Counted from the stretch's first letter, positions 38,985 through 51,235 are shown. The stretch: DNA of 64,000 nt from Octopus sinensis (GCF_006345805.1 NC_043000.1:110174001-110238000); one strand, 5' to 3'. The notes: generated from the sequence alone by a model not told the origin. Numbers and translations are program-made.

Positions 38985-39126
38985 TATTTCTTTACTACCC
39001 ACAAGGGGCTAAACACAGAGGAGACAAACAAGGACAGACAAACGGATTAAGTCGATTATATCGACCCCAGTGCGTAACTGGTACTTAATTTATAGACCCC
39101 GAGAGGATGAAAGGCAAAGTCGACCT
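38985..39126 (-). mobile_element. SINE family A, 3' part
   Basis: ACTACCCACAAGGGGCTAAAC..GGCAAAGTCGACC. Confidence 0.85.
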
Positions 39127-39752
39127 TTCACCTATATTCCTCTCCTTGACGATATTCCCAGACACATCTTCCGCATCATGTTCTTTCTCCTCTCTCTTTT
39201 CTACACGAGGCAATCTCCCCCACAAAAACACACCTGTATCTGTCCAGATCATTCTGCAACCTCTCATCACCTGGCACAAAGCCACTCCCCACCCTTCATC
39301 AATACTGGATTTTGTCTTTGACTTGAGTCACTTGGTAACCCCACTGATGTGAGTGCAATGTAAAAGGTCCTCAATATACTCCATAAAGTGGTTGGTGTTA
39401 GGAAAGGCATTCAGCCATAGAAACCATGCCAAAGCATACATCAGAGCTTGGTGCAGCCCTTTCGCTTACCAGCTCCTGTTGAACTGTCCAACCCATGCCA
39501 GCATAGTGTACATTTAAACACAAGAGAAAACTACCTTTAACAGGTAATTACACGCTAGAAGAAGCAATCAAAACGACCAAAACCACATTTACAAGCAATT
39601 TTCGAAGGGAATGAAAACTAAAACTTTTTAAACTTGTGTTTAAATGTACACTATTTTATATTGAAGATATGTTGTCTACAGACTTTTTATACATGCTAAG
39701 CCACTGGTGGTGAAATTTCTAAAAATATTCGCTACCCTATATATATTTTACG

Positions 39753-39783
<31 letters not shown>

Positions 39784-39916
39784 GTACCGGAGTAAACACA
39801 TAAATGTGAAACAAGGTGGAAAAAAGAGTACTCAAAAACAAGGTGGAAAAAAGAGTACTCAAATACCAGTGGTAGAGTAATATGCTTTATTTAAAGCAGC
39901 AGAAAATTCAACAAAA

Positions 39917-39956
39917 CCTGTTACTCTGAGTTTCACGTTCCCGTTCGTCGGACAGA
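39917..39956 (-). ncRNA. type I hammerhead ribozyme motif (U4C variant copy)
   Basis: UCUGU-CCGACGA-ACG(GGAA)CGU-GAA-ACUC(A)GAGU-A^ACAGG. Confidence 0.7.
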
Positions 39957-39970
39957 TTTTTCTAGCAAAA

Positions 39971-40010
39971 ACCGTCTGACGAACGGGAACGTGAAACTCA
40001 GAGTAACAGG
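39971..40010 (+). ncRNA. type I hammerhead ribozyme motif (intact core)
   Basis: ACCGU-CUGACGA-ACG(GGAA)CGU-GAA-ACUC(A)GAGU-A^ACAGG; predicted cut after 40005. Confidence 0.75.
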
Positions 40011-40042
40011 TTTTGTTGAATTTTCTGGTGCTTTAAATAAAG

Positions 40043-40108
<66 letters not shown>

Positions 40109-40194
40109 CAGAGAGAGAGAGAGATAATGCAAATAAGAAAATGTAGAGGATATAAAATCGACAAACATCAGCCAGTAAACATTCCATTATATCT

Positions 40195-40575
40195 TTTATT
40201 CTTTTACTTGTTTCAGTCATCTGACTGTAGCCATGCTGGAGCACCACCTTTAGTCGAGCAAATCACCCCCAGGACTTATTCTTTGTAAGCCTAGTATTTA
40301 TTCTATCATTCTCTCTTGCCAAACCACTAAGTGACGGGGACATACACACACCAGCATCGGTTGTCAAGCGATGTTGGGGGGACAAACACAGACACACAAA
40401 CATATACATACATATATGACGGGCGCTTGTCAGTTTCCGTCTACTAAATCCACTCACAAGGCTTTAGTTGGCCCGAAGCTATAGTAGAAGACACTTGCTC
40501 AAGGTGCCACACAGTGGGACTGAACACGGAACCATGCGGTTGGTAAGTAAGCTACTTACCACACAGCCACTCCTG
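40195..40575 (-). mobile_element. SINE family B
   Basis: Full copy. Confidence 0.9.
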
Positions 40576-40674
40576 CATCTATCTATTTATTAAAGGTACA
40601 CATCCAGTAGTATTTTGGATATTTAATTCCCTTAGATGGTTTCTTAACCTCTAACTCATACAGACATATATATA

Positions 40675-41170
40675 CATCATCATCATCATCGTTTAACGTC
40701 CACTTTCTATGCTGGCATGGGTTGGACAATTTGACTGAGGACTGGCAAACAAGATGGCTGCGCCAGGCTCCAATCTGATCTGGCAGAGTTTCTACAGCTG
40801 GATGCCCTTCCTAACACCAACCACTCCGAGAGTGTAGTGGGTGCTTTTAAAGTGCCACCGACATTAGGGCCAGTTTGGCAGTACTGGTAACTACCACACT
40901 CGAAAATGGTGTTTTTTACGTGCCACCTGCACAGGAGTCAGTCCAGCAGCACTGGCAATGACCTCACTCGAATGTTTTGTTCGCGTGCCAGTGAGGCGAT
41001 GCTGACAACGATCACGCTCAAATGGTGCTCTTTACGTGCCAGACACCTGCTCTGGCAGTGATCCCGCTTGGATGGAGCTGTTAGCGCTCCACTGTCACGG
41101 GTGCCAGTCATCGAATTTGGTTCAATTTCGATTTCACTTGCCCATCAGGTCTTCGCAAGCAGAGTTTAGT
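40675..41170 (-). mobile_element. RTE 3'-UTR copy with multiple repeat units
   Basis: (CAT)n tail, core, four GGTG(C/T)TTTTACGTGCC-type units. Confidence 0.85.
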
Positions 41171-41179
41171 GTGTATATA

Positions 41180-41735
41180 TATATATATGTATATATAATG
41201 GGCTTCTTTCAGTTTCTGTTTGCCAAATCCATTCACAAAGATTTGGTCAGCCCAAGGTTATTGTAGAAGACACTTGCCCAAGGTGCCACGCAGTGGGACT
41301 GAACCCAGAACCATGTGGTTAGGAAGCAAACTTCTTACCACATAGTCATGCTGGTATTCTTTTATTTGTTTTAGTCATTTGACTGCGACCATGCCTTTAG
41401 TCGAACAGATCGGCCCCAGGACTTATTTTCTGTAAGCCTAGTACTTATCCTATTGGTCTCTTTTGCTGAACCGCTAGGTTATGGGGACATAAACACACCA
41501 ACATTGTTGCGGTGGGGGGGGGGGACAACCACAAACACACATATATACAAACATATACACACGCACATATACGATAGGCTTCTTTCAGTTTCAATCTACC
41601 AAATCCACTCACAAGGCTTTGATCAGCCCGAGGCTATAATAGAAGACACTTGTCCAAGATGCCATGCAGTGGGACCAAACCCAGAACCATGTGGTTGGTA
41701 AGTAGGCTACTTACCACACAGCCTGCCTGTGCCTA
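41180..41735 (-). mobile_element. two adjacent SINE B copies (5' half plus full)
   Basis: Head motifs at about 41340 and 41720. Confidence 0.85.
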
Positions 41736-42323
41736 TGTAATTCCTAAACAAAACATCCAGCATTCTTGCATTTTAACACACTAAGATGTGGAACAGAATA
41801 TCTTGCAAGGAAACCAAAGTCAGCATCAGGAAGGACATCCAGCCATAGAACACAGTCCCAAGAAACCTGACTCCTTCTTCACACTCTTATGAAAACATCC
41901 ATTTTTTTCATCCCTTCCCATGGTCCACCATATTTGTCTTCTCTGATGCTCACTTTCTTTGTCCTTGTTCCTTGAGAGTTTTGTTCTAGTACCTCATCAC
42001 TACCTTCCCTTTATCTCCTTCACCCATATTTTTCCTCTATAGCACAACACCTGTGCTTGTTCCTCTCTCATGCTTCAGCCTTTCAACACCTGGCACACAG
42101 CCACTCTCCTCCACCTTTCCCTCCCAAATACCTCTCCTTAGTAGTAGGAGCATCTCCTCCCCTTCTCTGTTCTCTTCTGTCTTGCAGTGGCATGAAAAAT
42201 GCACCATCCAGCAGACACTCTATGACATTGGTTCCCAACCTTTTCACTACCAAGGACCCCTTTTATTTAAATGAGTTTTCTAACGGACACCTTTTAAAAT
42301 GCTTATCCTTATGTGTGTGTACA

Positions 42324-42359
<36 letters not shown>

Positions 42360-42555
42360 TCCTCATCATCATCGTCGTTTAACGTCTGTTTTCCATGCTG
42401 GTATGCGTTGGACGGTTTGACTGAGGTCTGGTAAGCCATGAAGGCTGCACCAGGCTCCAATCTGATCTGGCGATGTTTCTACAGCTGGATGCCCTTCTAA
42501 CACCAACCAGTCTGAGAGTGTAGTGGGTGTTTTTTACGTGCCACCAGCATGGGAG
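42360..42555 (-). mobile_element. RTE 3'-UTR copy
   Basis: CATCATCGTCGTTTAACGTC..CTACAGCTGGATGCCC. Confidence 0.85.
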
Positions 42556-43871
42556 CTAGTCACTATACACAATAATTTCATCATCAACATCATTAATATT
42601 ATTATCATCACTATCATTGATTTCAATCCTTTCCAATGTTATTTTAATTGACACAAAAAGTGTTTTTATCGGTATATTTTAGGGGGTTCTGTTAGTTCTG
42701 TTCTTCACCTACAACTTCTGCTTATTGTTTTTGAAATTTGAGTAAATTCTACCTTTTTAATTTTTTTTAGAGATATGACAATGAAGTACCAAGAGGGGAA
42801 AAAATGAAGGAATTTATCTGACAATGCAATATAAAGAAAACAAAGTAAAAACAAAACAACCACAATAACAATAAATGACAACACTAAACCAATAACAAAA
42901 TTAAAAAAAACTCGCTTCTGTGGAAATCAGATCAACCAAAATTGAAAAAGATATGTAGGAAGGGAGATAACTGATGGAGGCTGGTTATGAACTAATTTTA
43001 ATTGAGCCGACAAGTTACACAACCAGTCAAGTTAATTAGAATGCTAATAAATTATATTAATAGCAGCAATGCTTCACTCACCAATGTGACACAATGGTGA
43101 GTTTATAGACACGGTTTACTCTCACGACCACGGCCATTGTTTGTACAACAATAACTCTGAGCCGACTTGTAGCGTGACCTCTCTAACCAGGTCTATGTCA
43201 CCTTGCTATCTCTTCTCCGTCTGTCAGTCCAACTACATGTGTCATTTCGTTTCGGATCCTGTACACCAAATCCTTCATCAAGTCCTGCTTCTCTAACCAA
43301 CACCACCACTACCATCACTGTCCGAGTTCCTTACTCGTAAATATTGATCTATGGATGTTCAAACTAAACAGCAACTGTCTAAGTCTCATTAGCAATTTGA
43401 AGGCCGAGTAAACGTAATTAACTCTGTTGTCGATCCTCTTCTTCTGACTAATTCATTAACAAACAAAAACAGATCAGTTGACTCGACTGAAACATTTAAT
43501 TTTAATGGCTCAGTCACCCTGACTGTAAATAGGTTACATACACACCCAGTTTTGCTATAAATCACTTCCCATATATTACTGCAACTATTACTACAGTACT
43601 AAAGTGTTAATAGGCTTAAAATGATGAGCATGACATCTATTATCGAGGAGACAGCTCAAAACCAAAAGCTTCAAATAAGTTCAGGCAATATTTGCTAAAA
43701 AGCTGTTTTGAGAAACCCTTGCATTTCATTTTTCAAAAAAAATCTGGATTTCGATTAGACAGAGTTCCTGTAATAAAATTTAATGAAAATTTATAAAAGA
43801 AAGAGAATGGTATTCACTATTTTAAAATAAGTTGAATAATTTCTTTCACCATAATTTTATATCATCTAATT

Positions 43872-44270
43872 TCTCTGTCTATATAAAGCTGAAGTTGTCT
43901 GTGTATGGCAGGTTTGGCAGCCTTCAACTAACACTATCTCCTCCGAGACCCTGCAGCGCAAGTTGACCAAAATTGAGAGTATGATAGAAGAAGGCTTGCT
44001 CTTCCCTCCGTAGAAGAGAAAATTCAAATCAGACCATGTTAACACCAAAAATTATTTACATCAAAAGGGTGCTTTTTTTCTATGAAAATCCCTATTTCTT
44101 TATGTTTTTTTTACTGCTGTGTTGCTATTTTTCGGTGTTTTTCAACCAGAAAAATGTTCACTAAAAGAGAATAACAAGCTACATAAAGCAAAATTTTTAC
44201 TTTTCAAAAATTCCAATTCTAAAGGGTCGAAAAGAAAACAAGCCCGAGCAACGCTGGGCTATACTGCTAG
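43872..44270 (+). mobile_element. non-autonomous Helitron
   Basis: TCTCTGTCTATATAAAGCTG start; CCCGAGCAACGCTGGG hairpin then CTAG|T end at 44270; inverted homologue of 32729-33118. Confidence 0.8.
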
Positions 44271-44564
44271 TGTTTTAATAAAATTAAGGCTATGGTAAGG
44301 GTGCCCGCAAAATGTAGATGTGATTTCTGCACATTTATGAACAACTGTTTAAAGGTTCCACAACAAAATAACCTTGGGAAACATTGAGTTAACTCATCAG
44401 GGTTACAACTAATTAACATTAGAAATAAATAATGCGATAATGGGAATGGGTAATAGTCTGATATTGTAGCAGACATGGAGACCCTTGCAAATATGGTTTT
44501 GTAGATATCATCAGAGATGCAGGGTAATAATGTACATGTGTGTAAAAGTAAACAGCAATGGTGA

Positions 44565-44895
44565 GGCGTGGCCGTGTAGAAGGAAGTTTGCCTCCCAACC
44601 ATATAGGTCCAGGTTCATTCTCACTGCATAACATAGGAGACCTGGCTGACAAAAGCCTTGTGAGTAGGCGGAAACTGAACGAAGCCTGTCGTGTGTATAT
44701 GTGTCCCACCACTGACTGACAACCAGTGTTGGTTTGTTTATGTCCCCATAACTTAGCAATTCAGCAAAAAGACTGATAAAATCTGGCTCAAATAAAAAAA
44801 AAAATTAAATAACTACAGCAGTTGATTTGACTAAAATTTTTGATGTGGTGCCCCAGTATGGCCGCAGTCCAGTGAATGAAACAAGTAAATGGTAT
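44565..44895 (+). mobile_element. SINE family B (degenerate)
   Basis: GGCGTGGCCGTGTAGAAGG..GAAACAAGTAAA. Confidence 0.75.
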
Positions 44896-45049
44896 AAGAC
44901 AAAAGATAACACCTTTACTTTCTGCTTGTTTCCGTCATTGGACTGCAGCCTCAAACGATTAACAAAATTAGTGTGGCAACCGCACATGATAGTTTTAATT
45001 AAGACTAAATCTTTAGACACGAAATGATTAACAAAATTAAACAGAAACA

Positions 45050-45187
45050 ACGAGTTATTTAATCGACTCCGAAAGGATGAAAGGCAAAGTCGACCTCGCC
45101 GGAATTTGAACTCAGAACGTAGCGGCAGACGAAATACCGCTAAACATTTCAACCAGCGTGCTAACGTTTCTGCCAGCTCGCCGCCTT
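45050..45187 (-). mobile_element. SINE family A, 5' part
   Basis: GAAAGGATGAAAGGCAAAGTCGACCTCGCCGGAATTTGAACTC..GCCAGCTCGCCGCCTT. Confidence 0.9.
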
Positions 45188-45276
45188 AAATCATCATTTA
45201 TAATTTCTGACCACAAACCTGCACCTTTCAAGTTCATCTGCTGAGGTTATGTCTAAGCTGTTATTATTATTATTAT

Positions 45277-45863
45277 GAACAGAGCTGTGTGAAGCAGTGC
45301 CACTCCCAAACAGTTGAAGGAATCCGGGATAGAGGTTGACCCAGGAAGGCATGGGATGAGGTGGTCAAGCATGACCTTCGAACATTGGGCCTCACAAAGG
45401 CGATTATGAAAGACCAAGCCCTCTGGAGATATGCTGTGACTGTGAAGACCCAGCAAATAAAGTGAGTTCACAGCTGCAACCTACACCAGTGTCACATAAC
45501 TAGTCCCAGCCCACGCAAAAGTACCTTGGATTGTAAGGCAACTGCTTGAGACCTATTGAGTCAATTACATCAAAATAAAAATCAAAAGGAAATTGTAATT
45601 GCGATCCCTGTGCTGGTGGCACATAAAAAGCACCATCTGAATGTGGCCGATGTCAGTACCACCTTGACTGGCTCCTATGCTGGTGGCACATAAAAAGCAC
45701 CCACTACACTTTCAGACTTGTTGGCGTTAGGAAGGGCACCCAGCTGTAGAAACTCTGCTAGATCAGACTGGAGCCTGGTGCAACCTCCTGGCTTCCCAGA
45801 CCCCAGTCAAACCGTCCAAACCATGCCAGCATGGAAAACGGACGTTAAATGATGATGATGATG
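45277..45863 (+). mobile_element. RTE LINE 3' end (ORF C-terminus plus UTR)
   Basis: CVKQCHSQTVEGIRDRG*PRKAWDEVVKHDLRTLGLTKAIMKDQALWRYAV..* (45277-45465), then UTR and (GAT)n. Confidence 0.9.
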
Positions 45864-46220
45864 AGAACCATCTGTATGTTTGTCATCTGAAGTAGAATCA
45901 TTGTGAAGGGTTTGATGGACCCTATTATCACTTTGAGCAACCCAAAAGTTTGTCATCATCTTGATTAACATCTTTCACTTTCACAAATATAGTGCATCAT
46001 TTTTTCATTGTTTATTTTGATTTCCATTTTCAACAACTTAATTCAACAATGGCTCTTCATTTCGCTTCAGTAATTCCTCCTTTTCTCTCTCTTTCTCTTC
46101 TGATATGAAGCTCCTCTTCATATTTGCTTCATCTTTGGGTAGAAGTAAACATTTATAAAATACTAAAAACATCATTAAAATAATACACAAAAAGAATATA
46201 CTGATGAAAGAAGGGGTTTT

Positions 46221-46440
46221 AAGGCGGCGAGCTGGCAGACACGTTAGCGTGCCTGGTGAAATGCTTAGCGGTATTTCATCTGCCGCTACGTTCTGAGTTC
46301 AAATTCCGCCAAGGTCGACTTTGCCTTTCATCTTTTCGGGGTCGATAAATTAAGTACCAGTTACACACTGGGGTCAATCTAATCGACTTAATCCCTTTGT
46401 CTCCTCTATGTTTAGCCCCTTGAGGGTAATAAAGAAATAA
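46221..46440 (+). mobile_element. SINE family A
   Basis: Full-length copy. Confidence 0.9.
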
Positions 46441-46814
46441 AAAGGGGTTTTGTCTCTATATATTATATACTGTATTGTACCTTGATGCCAAACTTGGTCA
46501 AAATTAAAAGACTTGGTTGCCTTGTGCTACATTACTGCCCAGAGACATTCTCAGCCATTTGGCTGGTTTGAGCCAGTTTTGCTTATCCTGTCAGATGTTC
46601 CTATTTGCCTCTCCCACTTGTCCTCACTTTCTTTCTCTCACTTTTCTCCTTCAGGTAAATCTTGACATCAAGCTGCAACAACAGATGTAAAAACACACAT
46701 GTGGCTAATGCACATAAATTTACTCAACACATGAAGGACTTCTCCATGTCTCAGCCGACGTGTACAGGTTTTTAATATTAGTAAATAAAAATTTTATATT
46801 TTTTAATTAATATT

Positions 46815-47412
46815 TATTCTTTTATTTGTTTCAGTCATTTGACTGCGGCCATGCTGAAGCACCACCTTTAGTCAAACAAATCAACCCGAGGACTTATTCT
46901 TTGTAAGCCTAGTACTTATTCTATCGGTCTCTTTTGCCATACCACTAAGTTACAGGGACGTAAACACACCAGCATCAGTTATCAAGCAGCGGTGGAAGGA
47001 CAAACACAGACACACAAACATACACCCCACCCTATATATATATATATTACGGAGATGTACTTGCATAGCAAGTGACCTGATCTGAGATCGTGTGCTGGAA
47101 CGAAAACAATTGCAGCGTGGAAGGTGTTTATAAGCCATTTAAGAAACACAAAAACTGTTAGATTCACTTCAACACTTAAATTTGTCAAAATATTTTCGTC
47201 GCTTTGAGACTGTGACCTGTTCACTGACAAAACTCCGTGCTGTTATATATACGACAAGCTTATTTCAGTTTCTGTCTACCAAATCCACTCACAAGGCTTT
47301 GATCGGCCCAAGGCTATAGTAGAAAACACTTGCCCAAAGTGCCAAGCAGTGGGACTGAACCCAGAACCATGTGGTTGGGAAGCAAGCTTCTTACCACACA
47401 GCCACTCCTGTG
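46815..47412 (-). mobile_element. SINE B split by a family-4 element in its (TA)n
   Basis: SINE halves 46815-47040 and 47245-47412. Confidence 0.85.
47181..47232 (-). ncRNA. variant type I hammerhead motif with G3-C8 core (family 4, in a 47048-47244 insert)
   Basis: UUUGUCA-GUGAACA-G-GUCAC(9 nt)GCGAC-GAA-AAUAUU-U^UGACAAA; 7-bp stem I. Confidence 0.6.
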
Positions 47413-47419
47413 CCTATTT

Positions 47420-47910
47420 GTAAGTAAATAAAAAATAATGGCAAGCCAGCCGAGTCGTTAAAATGTGGGGCAAAATGCTTAGCTGCCTTTTGTCTGTTTA
47501 CACGTTCTGAGTTCAAATTCTGCTGTGGTTGACTTTTGATACTTTCAAGGTTGATAGAATAAGTACCAGTTCTGTACTGGGGTTTTTGCAATTGACTAAC
47601 CCCCTCCCCATAATCACTGGCCTTGTGTCAAAATTTGAAATTGATAATAGTAAATAAGAATATTTTTTTTTTCTAATATTTGTAAATAGATAAAAAAAAA
47701 AAGTCACTGACCTGGCAGAACCATTAGCATGCTGGAAAAAATGCTTAGCAGCATTTTGTCTGTCTTCATGTTCTGAGTTCAAATTCCACCGAGGTCGACT
47801 TTGCCTCTCATCCTTTCAGGGGGAATAAAAAGAATACCAGTTGTACATTAGTAATGAACTTATCCCCTCCCCCAAACTTGCTGGCCTTGTGCCAAAATTA
47901 GAAACCAATA
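47420..47910 (+). mobile_element. two degenerate SINE A-variant copies
   Basis: TTCTGAGTTCAAATTC and GACTTT(T)G..TCATCCTTTC cores at about 47510 and 47780. Confidence 0.75.
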
Positions 47911-48454
47911 AATAAATTTTAAAAAGACAGGCACTTTTCTTTCATTTTTTTTTTGTTTTAGTTTTCCTTCATTTATTATTTCAAATATTCATCTTAACTA
48001 CATTTATAATTTACCAAAGACCTAACAGGAATCAAAAACACAAGTAATTTGGTCTGAATTTAAATGGAAGTAAAAAAAGAAAATCAACTCCAGAAATATT
48101 TATTTCTTTGTTGCAGTGTGATTGATTATTGGAAGTAAAGGCTGCAAATAAATTCAACAATAATAGTTCAATGGGGAACATATCTGATAGAACATGGTTT
48201 GACATTGGTAAATTCTACTGCAGTGAGTAAAATCCCTGCAGGAAGTAAAACAAAAACAATAGGCATTTGATCCTGCGACAAATATTTAATTTTTCTCTTC
48301 CAGTGTATCAAATATTCGAAGCTGTTTCAGCTTTGAATATTCTCCTCAGATGGGAACAAGTCAAACACATTGTGAAGTAGCTAAATGTGTAGTGGAGTAG
48401 GTAAACACTTAATGCTGCAGTTAAACACATAAGCGAAATAGCTAAATAGATGTT

Positions 48455-48742
48455 CCTTCTTGAGCCGCGCCTGGTTCATAGGGCTAGTTTCCTTGGTGTA
48501 TAGGTTCCCCACCTGGACGGGACGCCGGTCCGTCGCAGGTGAGCTGCAAGATGCAGGAGGAAAGAGTGAGAGAAAGTTGTGGTGAAAGAGTCTGCAGAAG
48601 TTCGCCATTACCTTCTGACGGAGCCACTTGGAGCTTATGTGCTTTGCTCATAAACACACACATCACCCAGTCTGAGATTTGAACCCGCGATCCTTCGACT
48701 GCGAGTCCACTGCTGTAACCACTAGGCCATGTGCCTCCACAG
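48455..48742 (-). mobile_element. tRNA-derived SINE, family D (V-domain-like motif)
   Basis: TGGCCTAGTGGTTA A box, GGTTCAAATC B box, then CCTGCGACGGACCGGCGTCCCGTCCAGG. Confidence 0.8.
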
Positions 48743-49044
48743 CTAAACAGACAGGGAAGGTAAATTTGTAGTATTGTAGCTAAACACATAGTGAAGTAGG
48801 TAAACACATACTGTAGGTGGTAGGTAAATATTAAAACATCTGAACCAGCCAGTGTGTGTAAAGCTATCTTTAAAAACTATATTGTTGCCATGACCACATA
48901 TCAGTGAGAACACAATGTGGGTGTCTTAGAGCAATCTCCCCAAGGTTCACTGATGAAACAAGAATGATAAGGAATTTTTGTATGAATTAAACTTAAAATT
49001 AAAATGAAGAAAATTTCATTTTTGGTTGTTTAATATCCTTTAAA

Positions 49045-51235
49045 TGGTTGGGTTATTATAATGCCACTTTGGTGTACAGTATATTTAGTAAAACCAGTAA
49101 AGACACGACTGTCTCTGACTGCCTGCTACATACTCCCTTTACTTATAGTGACTATGTTATTCCATTTGTCACGTGGGAGGGGAAGTACCATTATTACTAA
49201 TTCCCTACAACATCTCCATTTTTAGGTTTTTCTGACGAAATGTCATTTTGTTTAGCAATAATTTTTTTTTATTCACTCCACTACCCTTTTTTGAGTTTTA
49301 TTTTTCATACAATTTAACACTTTTTGCACTTGGCATCCATTTCCAGGAACTCTGTACGTTCTCTTTTCCTCTCACTTGTACGCCTAGGTTCAATCACCAG
49401 CAGTGGCATTGGTACTTGGAACATATCATACAACCATTCCATCGGTTCCTCCAACTTCTTTGGTTCATTTTCCACAAACCTCTCAGTTGGTTCCTGTGTC
49501 TCTTTCGTATGCCTATTCTACTTTTTACCCAATTCATCATTTTACCTATGCATTTGGTAATTACGCCATCTTCCCAAATCTGCTTTCCATTCTTGCATGC
49601 CTTCATATACACCTTTTTGCCAACTTTAAAGAATCTTGTTTTGTCTTCCTTGGCACATTTTCTTGCCAGGTAACAATTCATCAAAGACTGATCTTACTTT
49701 CCTTGCAAACGTCAGCTCTGCTTGTGTATTCAGGCTCAGTGTCAAACGGTACACTTTTAAAAATTGTTGTAGACCTACCTCATGCTGTGACTTCCTTATT
49801 CGATTTTCTAAGGACTTTTGAAGGTATCGACAAAGCGTTCTGTCTGTCCATTAGATCTGGAATGGTATGGAGCCATAGTTATATGTTCTATGGTGAACAT
49901 TTCACAACATTTTTTTACTTCAACAGACACAAATTACATTCCATTGTCAGACATTATCATGTCTGTGATGCCAAATCTTGCAAAAAATTCATGTAAAGAA
50001 TTTAGCACCCTCGAGGAGGTTGGTTTGTTTACATTTGTGAATTTCTAGCCATTTTGAAAAACTATCAACTACCACTAAGTAGTATGAGCCATTTAGAGGA
50101 CCAGTGGAATCGATGTGTAGTCTATGAACAATGTTTACTTTTTATTGTGGGCAATTTTTTTTATTTTGCTTTGACTTACATACAAGTAACAATGTTTACT
50201 TTTTATTGTGGGCAATTTTTTTTATTTTGCTTTGACTTAGATACAAGTGTTCCACTCGGTTTTACTGCAGTTTTTTGTTTCAGTCCTTCAGCCCCATTTC
50301 AATCATTGACTGAACTGATTATATATCCATACAGAACACTTACGGGTGTATTCCATACTTTGAATAGTTCCATCCACTCTGTGCTGAATAGATTATGTGA
50401 ATTTTTTAACACATTAATCTTTACCTTTTTTTGTTTGTAAAACATGGGTTAATTTCCAGATTTTTGTTGTGGTTTTCAGGAAACACTTTATCTTTATTCT
50501 GATTGCTTCACACTTGCTTTACTTAGAAACAATCTTTCCGTTCAGTTTCCTGTGTCATGTCTTAATTTGACCATCCTTTCACATTCTTCTGATATTTGCT
50601 GTAAGATTACATCCTGGTTTTGCGAGAATTCTAGTTCTAGGTTCTGCGTCTTTTTCAGCAGTAAGTCCCTGTGTAAAAATCAGGCATTTGAACATATCTG
50701 GTGTTAATTCATCCAGCTTAAGCTTTTCACATTCCCTGCTAACTCTACCAGCATATCTGATGTAGTCCTCATCATTGTTTTTCTCTATGTTCAAACATTT
50801 CCAACCTGTGTTGAACAACAAGCTTTTTTCACTGAAACTTTTACACAATATGTCTATTGTGCCATTAAAGTTTATGTCTGAGAAGGTTTTCTTGAGAGTA
50901 CATAATTACTGTATCATTCAGGTTCTGCTGCCACCAATTCTCTCAAGATTAAGTGCATTTTCATCTCATCATCCCAATCTTTACCATTCTTTCTCCAAGA
51001 TTTTCTCATATCTTCTGTAGTATGCTTCGAAGGTAACTCCTTCATCAGATTCATATTTGAACTCTGTTATGGAGTCTGAGACAAAGTCTGTCGAGAACAC
51101 TTTTTCTCACTTTCCTCACAACTTCAGTAATTGCAGCATTAGTTGCTATAATATTGTTGTTGTCATTGCTGCTGTTGTTGTTTTTTCAGTATTTGTCTTC
51201 TTCTTCTTAGGACTCATGCCATTAGCCACAAAGAA
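49045..51235 (-). mobile_element. Gypsy LTR retrotransposon, internally deleted (gag, integrase, 3' LTR)
   Basis: gag SITEFKY..TFEAYYRRYE and FKCLIFTQGL; integrase RLHIDSTGPLNGSYYLVVVDSFSKW..FARFG..SDNG..YHSRSNGQTERFVDTFK; polypurine tract AAAAATGGAGA then TGTTG at 49212; stops and frameshifts. Confidence 0.85.

Larger units (their letters stand above)
39786..40042. mobile_element. palindromic hammerhead-bearing element, family 2
   Basis: About 75-bp inverted arms 39886-39960 / 39967-40042, flanked by (TA)n; 27-bp tandem duplication at about 39811-39864. Confidence 0.75.
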
